This document shows, piece by piece, positions 56,753 through 64,000 of a stretch of 64,000 nucleotides of DNA. The DNA comes from the human T2T-CHM13v2.0 reference genome, Homo sapiens. Location: the NCBI RefSeq assembly GCF_009914755.1, contig NC_060947.1. One strand, written 5' to 3'. The notes beneath the pieces were generated by a model. It did no database searches. It was not told where the DNA came from and worked only from the letters and a program-made list of their open reading frames with translations. A program made the position numbers and the translations under genes. Within the stretch, counting starts at the first letter, position 1; each line of letters opens with the position of its first letter.

Positions 56753-59700
56753 AAGGCTATTGAGCAGAAGGATTTAGAAAGTGATGATTAGAAAGGTCAG
56801 ATGCAGCTTTGGACACATCTAGTATTAAGTGGGCAGCTTTGGACAAATCTAGTTTAAGAAAAACAAAGATAATTTTTACAGTTAGAAAATTTGAGAAGGG
56901 CACATACAGATGCATATGAAATTAATGAGAAAGAATACTGTAGCAACTGTGACTAAAAAAGGAAACTAGGATTAAAATAAATGTGCAATGTTTTAAAGGA
57001 AGAAAAATTAGAGGGACAGGCAAATGATTATAGATACCAAACTACTTTGCTGATTCTTTGGTTTCTTATATTTATTGAAAAGAACTGAGGTGTGCATGAG
57101 TGTGAGCAGGGGAAACACTGCATTAATGAGAATGAAAAGAATTATGAAATCTGAAGTGAATGGAGAGAGAAAGGACAAACCTCTTCTGAAGCTCACTGAC
57201 TATGAGCTAAGATACAGGATCAGAGACTGAAGGAACCGTGTTTCCTAGCCTTCAAGTGGTTGGGCCTAATGAAGAGATCAATTCATCAAGTCTCAGACAA
57301 AACAAAGCAAGCCTAAGACAGGAACCCCAAGCATGGCCAAGACTAAGAAGGCAGGGACTGTTCAACTATGCCTTAGAGATTTATACTTTCTGGAAAACAG
57401 TACATTTCTTGGCAGCTCACAAATTCCACATGTATGTTGGGAAGGCTCTAAGTGTATTTGATTTGTTCAGAAACAGGTGTAATCCATCTAAAACAACTAG
57501 ACCATCTATTGTAAGCTGAGAGAAAGAGAAGTGAGAAAGAAATCCTCAAAGCAAATGAATGCCAGTGCTGGCAAGAAAATCTCCCTGGTCTCATCTGTAG
57601 TTACAGCTGAGTAAGTACCAGCAATTTCTGGATACATGTGATTTCACCTGTCAAAGAAACTAAATTAGAAATCTCAGTGTCCAACTTTGCCTGACTAGTA
57701 GCTTGTAAGCTTCAGGCACTCTTTGGAGAATATTGAATTCAGAAACTGATGGAGGAATTAAAAATCATACAAAATAAACAAGTTCAAAGGTTTTATATAC
57801 CTTCGAACTGCACCTATTGGATTCTGTTCACTGTCTGAAGTGTATTTTTCTCATTTTGAAAAATAATTATTCTTTTTAAAAATTAAACATGGTATAAAGG
57901 GAAGGCAACAGAACATACAAATAAAATATTCACAGATTGGAACACACAAAATATTCAGATTCAAGGTGTGTGTAGTACCAAAATAAGAAAAACAAATCCA
58001 ACAAGCCTGTCCAAAAACACAGTATGATAACCAATATAATGTATTTATTTTGCTTATCATAGAAGGATTAAGTTGGAATAAAACTAAATATGAACAGTGT
58101 ACTACTCTCAGTATGGATACCTGCTAAATAATTAAATTTTGCATTTTTTATCATCTGTATATTTATATTGATAAATACATTTACATTTAATAAATATAGC
58201 ATCTGATAATTTATTCAGAATAATTATTCAGATAATCTGGTAATGGTAAGAGTTACTTTGCATTCATAAATGCTTTGTACTTACATACTGCAATGCTTTT
58301 TAATGGAGGAGAGCCAAGCCATCTGGGGTATATTACTTGGAAGATTGTTTCTCTATATATTACAGCTAAAATCAGTCATGGTACTACTCTTAATAGAAAC
58401 AAGAATCTGTTTTCTTGACTTCCAGTACACTTCTCTGTTGAATAATATTCTAAGGTTTTATATAGAGAACCAGTAGGGAGTTTATGTTATCCTTATAACC
58501 TTAAGAAAAAAAAAATTGCTTAAAATTAGCCTTAGCTATAAGGTTAACCTGGAATTGAAAACAGAAAAGGGCTGGCATTCAGAACTGAAACACATAATTA
58601 AGAAAGTTAAATCTGTTCCTACCCACAGACCATCATTTCATAAAGAATCTTATTATTTAACTTTTAACAACAAGCAACTGTGAAAGTATTACAAGTAAAT
58701 AATTTGGAGGAAATTCTTAAAGGGGTGGTAATAGGAAGTAGCAGGTTTTCTGAAATGTAAGAAAACTGATAAGTTAAATACCTCTTCTAGCTTCAGAGAA
58801 TGGCTAGGTCCTGGTGCTTTGTTTAAAGTAAATAACCAGTACCTGCCTTGCACTGATGACTTTCAAAATCCTGAAAAATTATTCTACAGTCTGGAAGCAG
58901 AGAATAGGTTTGGCCAACCCAATTCCTAGGGATGTAGATTTGTGAGCAGTTCCACATGTTTCCTGCAGCAGGTATAATCTGTTCATTAATAATGGCTCTC
59001 TAACTTTCACAATTCTATAGGAGCCAAAACCAAAAATAATTACATGCCTAAACATAGGCATGCTATGCACAGGATACTAAAGAAAAATCCTGACTCGTGC
59101 CAATCAGTTTATGACTTGAGGCACAAGTTTGATTATCCTTATCTTAATATACAAAATAACAAGTGTTAGTGTTGGCTGTAAAATTATAGTAGTGACTGAA
59201 ACTGCTGAGTTTTGAAAAGAATTATTTGCTTCAGTATTCAGGAAAGAAGGTAACATCTCACTTTTCGATCTATATTTCCCAAGGGAAGAGGAGAGACAAG
59301 GAATGTAATGTTACAGTGATAGATAAGTTTATGCTCTTGAACAGATAATTAGAACATCTATCTCTAAAACAGATTTGGGACCAAAAAAATGCCACGCTCA
59401 GAAAAATCCAGATGTTAAAACAAAAGAGATGACTTGGAGAATTACAACACTTTGCTAGGACAAGTTGGGTGGGTTCCGGAAATATACGTTTCTTATAGGA
59501 GTGGACGTTCCCACTCTTCCTCCTCCTCCTTGTGGAGCAAGGAATGCCTCATCTGACTGATGAAATTTGGAGAATTCTCTGGCTTCTTGGTTCTGCTGCT
59601 TCATGAAAAAGCCAGTTCAATTCACGAAGCTGGTGTTAGAAATCCCAATTGTGACTGCAAGTTAAAGGCAGTCAGATTTACCAACATCACAGGAAATACT

Positions 59701-59884
59701 TTGATCCCTACCTGACTCCTGTGAGGATTTCTCAGATGGTTCAAAATCTGTAAGATGGGTGGGATTGTGACTTTGGAGACCTGAAAAATGTTCCAAGTAA
59801 ATAGGTGCCAGGGGTCCTGAAAGTATTCCAAGCTTCATTTCTCACAGAAAGCTTCCCCATCATCACAGTTACACTAGTCTTCAG

Positions 59885-60040
59885 AGGTAACCTAGTGAAG
59901 TGCTCACTGTTGGGTTTTGGAGACTCACTGCTTAGGTTTGGATGCCATCTTCACCTTTGTCACCTTGGGCAAGTCACTTAACTTCTCTAGGCCTTGATTT
60001 CCTCATCTGTGAAATAGGGAGCATAAGTAATATTACCAAG
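59885..60040 (+). mobile_element. MIR SINE
   Basis: ACCTTGGGCAAGTCACTTAACTTCTCTAGGCCTTGATTTCCTCATCTGTGAAATAGGGA core. Confidence 0.8.
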
Positions 60041-60263
60041 TAATTGTCCAACAAAGATAAGCAGTTTTATTCCATTTTAATACTCCTGGATATTAAATAC
60101 TCCTTCATATGTTTGGGGAATACAGCAATTCCAGCATTTCTAAAATGATTGCCTCATTCCTTCTAACAGATATCAAAAAGTACTACTGTTAGAAATGTGA
60201 AATTATATCATTCACATCTGACAGGCCTGGGACAAGGTATATCATCTATCCCATCCCCCTAAA

Positions 60264-60726
60264 AGTATATCAGTTTTCTATTGCTGCTGTTACAAATTAC
60301 CAGAAACTTAGTGGCTTCCAACAACACACAGTTATTATCTTACTGTAAGTTCTGTAGGTCAGACATTTGAAATGGGTTTCACTGGGAAAAATCATGGAGT
60401 TGACAGCATTGTGTTTTTCTCTGGATCTAGGGGAAAATCTATTGCCTTTCCTTTTCCAGCTTTTAGACGCTGTCTGCATTCCTTGGCTCCTGACTTGTTC
60501 CTGCATCATCATCTTTTTCATGAGTCACACCTTCCTCTGACTTTTATCTCTCTCTTCCACTTTTAAGAACCCTTGTGATCATATTAGAACCATCAGGATA
60601 ATCCTCCCATCTCAAGATCCTTAACTTAATCACATCTGCAAAGCTTCCTTTTCCATGCAACCTAATGTCATCACAGGCTCAGCAAATTTGGTAGTCATCT
60701 TCGGGGGACTGTTATTCTGCCACACA
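60264..60726 (-). mobile_element. MLT1C/D solo LTR, followed by a MIR core to ~60810
   Basis: TTTCTATTGCTGCTGTTACAAATTACCAGAAACTTAGTGGC...ATCTCAAGATCCTTAACTTAATCACATCTGCAAAG. Confidence 0.8.
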
Positions 60727-60823
60727 TAACAGGTGAAGAAACTGAGGCCCAGGGAAGTTAAGTGACATTCTAATCTTCACACTCAGTGCATAGTTGGGAC
60801 TAAAGCCCATGTTTCTTTATACA

Positions 60824-63800
60824 ATTTTTTTATTGATACTTATTTGTACATATCTATGAGGTACATGTGCTATTTTGTTACATGCATAGAATGTGTAATA
60901 ATCAGGTAGGGTATATAGGGTATCCATCACTGAAGTGTTTATCTAAGTGTTAGGAAGATTTCAAGTTCTCTCTTCCAGCTATTTTGAAACACATATACAT
61001 TGTTGTTAATTATAGTCACCATACTCTGCTATTGAATATTAGAACTTATTCCTTTGATCTAACTGTATGTTTGTGCCCATTAACCAACCTCTCTTCATTA
61101 CCCTTCTCCCACCCCACACACACTTTCCAACCTCTGGTATGTATTATTCTACTTTCTACCTCCACGAGAGGAACAATTTTAGCTCCCACATATGAGTGAG
61201 AACATGCAATATTTGTATTTCTGTGTCTAGCTTATTTCACTTCACTAATGACCTCCAGTTCTATCATGTTGCTGCAAATGACAGTATTTCATTCATTCTT
61301 AATGGTCAAATAATATTCCGTTGTGTATATATACCACATTTTCATGATCTTTTGATGTGTTGATGGACACAGGTTGATTCTATATCTTTGCTATTGTGAA
61401 TAGTGCTGCAATAAATATGGGGGTGCAGGTATCCCTCTGATACACTGTTTTCTTTTCTATTGGATACATTCTTAGTAGTAGGATTGCTGGATCAAATGGT
61501 AGATCTGTTTTTAGTTTATTTTTTAGAAAGCTTCATACTGTTTTCCATAGTGGCTGCACTAATTTACATTTCCACCAAAAGTGTATAGGAGTTCCCTTTT
61601 CTGTGCATCCTCACCAGCATTTATTTTTTGTCTTTTTGATGATAGCCATTCCAAATAGAGTAAGATGGTATCTCACTGTGATTTTGATTTGCATTTCCTT
61701 GATGATGAATGATTTGAGCATTTCTTCATATATCTGTTGGCCATTTGTATGTCTTTTTTTTTTTTTTGAGAAATGTTGACTGATGCCTTTTCCCACATTT
61801 TAATGAAAGGATGATGATTATTATTATTTTACTGTTGAGGTGTTTTAGTTCCCTGTATATTCTGGATATTGGTCACTTGTCAGAAGAATAGATTGCAAAT
61901 ACTTTCTTCCATACAACAGGTTGTCTCTTCACTCTGTTGTTTGCTTTGCTGTGCAGAAGTTTTTAGTTTCATATAGTTCAATTTATTTTTATTTTTGTTG
62001 TCTGTGCTTTTGAGGTCTTTGCCCAGACCAATGTCCTGAAGTGTTTTCTCTATGTTTTCTTCTAGTAGATTAATAGTTTCAGGTCATAGGTTTAAGTCTT
62101 TCATCCATTGTGTGTTGATTTTTGTATACAGTGGGAGACAGGAATCCAGTTTCATTCTTCTGCATATAGATATCCAATTTTTCCAGCACCATTTATTGAA
62201 GAACATGTCCTTTCCCCAATATATATTCTTGCCATCTCTGTCAAAAATCAGTTGGCTATAAATATATCGATTTATTTCCGGGTTCTCTATTCTCTCTATA
62301 TTGGTCTGTGTTTTTATAACAGTTTCATGCTGTTTTTGTTTCTATAGCCTTGTAATATATTTTGAAGTCAGGTAGTGTGATGCCTCCAACTTTGTTCCTT
62401 TTGCTCAGGATTGCTGTGCTCTTCTTAGGTTTCATATAATATTTAGGATTGATTTTTCTAATTCTGTGAAGAAAGACATTGGTATTTTCGTAGGGACTGC
62501 ACTAAATCTGTTGATTACTTTGGGCAGTATCTTCATTTTAACCATGCCGATTTTTCCAATCCATTAACATGGAATGTCTTTTCATTTGTTTGTGTCCTCT
62601 TCAATTTCTTCTTTCATCAGTGTTTTGTATTTTTCCTTATAGAAGTATTTCACATTCTTTGTTAAATTTATTCCAAGTTATTTTATTTTTTGTAGCTGTT
62701 GTAAATGGGATTGCCATCTTGATTTCTCAGTTCATTATTGGTGTATAGAAACAATACTGATTTTTTAATGTTGATTTTTGAATCCTGCAACTTTACTGAA
62801 TTTATCAGATCTAGAACCCTTCTGGTGAAGTCTTTAGGTTTTCCTAGCTATAAGATATCATCTTTAAAGAAGTACAATTTAAATTCCTCTTTTCCAATTA
62901 GGAAGCCTTTTATTTCTATCTCTTGCCTAATTGCTCTGTCTAGGACTTCCAGGACTATATTGAATAGGAGCGGTAAAAGTGAGAATCCTTGTCTAGTTCC
63001 AATTCTTAGAAGAAAGGCTTTAGGTTTTCCCATTCAGTATAATGTTAGCTGTGTTACCATATACAGCCTTTATTATGTCAAGATACACTCCTTCTATGCC
63101 TATTTTGTTGAGTGATTTTTTATCATGAAGAGATGTTGAGTTTTATCAAATGATCTTTCTGCATCTATTGAGATGATTGCATGGTTTTGTTATTTATTCT
63201 GTTGATGTGATATAACATGTCTAGTGATTTCCATATGTTGAACCATCCTTGCATCACTGGGATAAATTTCACTCGATCATGGTGTATCATTTTTTGGATG
63301 TGCTGTTGTTCTGTTCAGGTTTTCTATTTCTTCCTGATTCAATGTTGGTAGGTTGTATGTGTCCAGGAATTTATCCATTTTCTTTAGGTTTTTCCAGTTT
63401 GTTAGCATATAGGTGTTTATGATAGTCACTGATGATCTTGTGTATTTCCGTGCTATCAATTGTTCCATTTCCTTTTTTGTTTCTGATTTTGGTTTTTTTG
63501 CATCTTCTCTATTTCTTGGTGGGTTTAGCTAGTGGCTTGAGATTTTTCTTTCTGGAAAAACATTTTTTTCATTCTTTGTATTTTGTTGTCTCTATTTTTA
63601 GTTCTGCTCTGATATTTACTATTCCTTTCCTTCTACTAATTTTGAATTTGGTTTATTCTTGCTTTTCTAGTTTCTTGGAGTGCATCATTAGATTGTTCAC
63701 TTGAAATCTTTCTACTTTTTTGCACAATTATTGCTATGAACTTCCCTCTTAGTACTGCTGTTGCAGTATTCCATAGGTTTTGGGAAGCTTTGTTTCAATT

Positions 63801-64000
63801 TTGTTTCAAGAAATTGTTTTATTTTCTCAATTTCTTCCTTGACATGATGGTCATTCAAAAGCATATTGTTTCATTTCTATGCATTTGTAGAGTTTCCAAA
63901 GTTCCTCTTGATCCTGATTTCTAGTCTTATTCCATTGTGATCTGTGGAGATACTTGATATAATTTTGCTTTTAAAAAATTTGTTGAGACATGTTTTGTGG
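60824..64000 (-). mobile_element. L1MA (L1MA2/3-like) 3' portion, runs off window end
   Basis: Antisense 3'UTR (TTTGTTACATGCATAGAATGTGTAATAATC) and ORF2 peptides (e.g. [18 protein letters not shown] at 62848-63033). Confidence 0.9.

Overview
Primate, most likely human or great-ape, AT-rich non-coding DNA that is intergenic or deep-intronic. I cannot support any host protein-coding gene, RNA gene or CRISPR array. Nearly all ORFs in the track are LINE-1 remnants, Alu/LTR read-throughs or chance frames. The window is dominated by transposable elements: a full-length but inactivated L1PA3-type element (22122-28140, 18-bp TSD), several older L1 fragments, six Alus, MIR/L2 relics, MaLR LTRs, hAT MITEs and a dense run of seven class I ERV elements at about 9.6-17.7 kb. 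The most unusual structure is a single-LTR HERV-H remnant inside an AluY. It keeps a perfect 5-bp TSD, but its left end is an internal pol TGTCAG hexamer identical to the first 6 nt of the LTR. Other notable points are a MER41B LTR with both STAT GAS motifs intact, an L1 5'UTR with a mutated YY1 site and an open ORF0, and two small templated-insertion or palindrome scars. Subfamily names come from remembered consensus sequences and need RepeatMasker/Dfam confirmation. I see no convincing evidence of a wholly new biological system.
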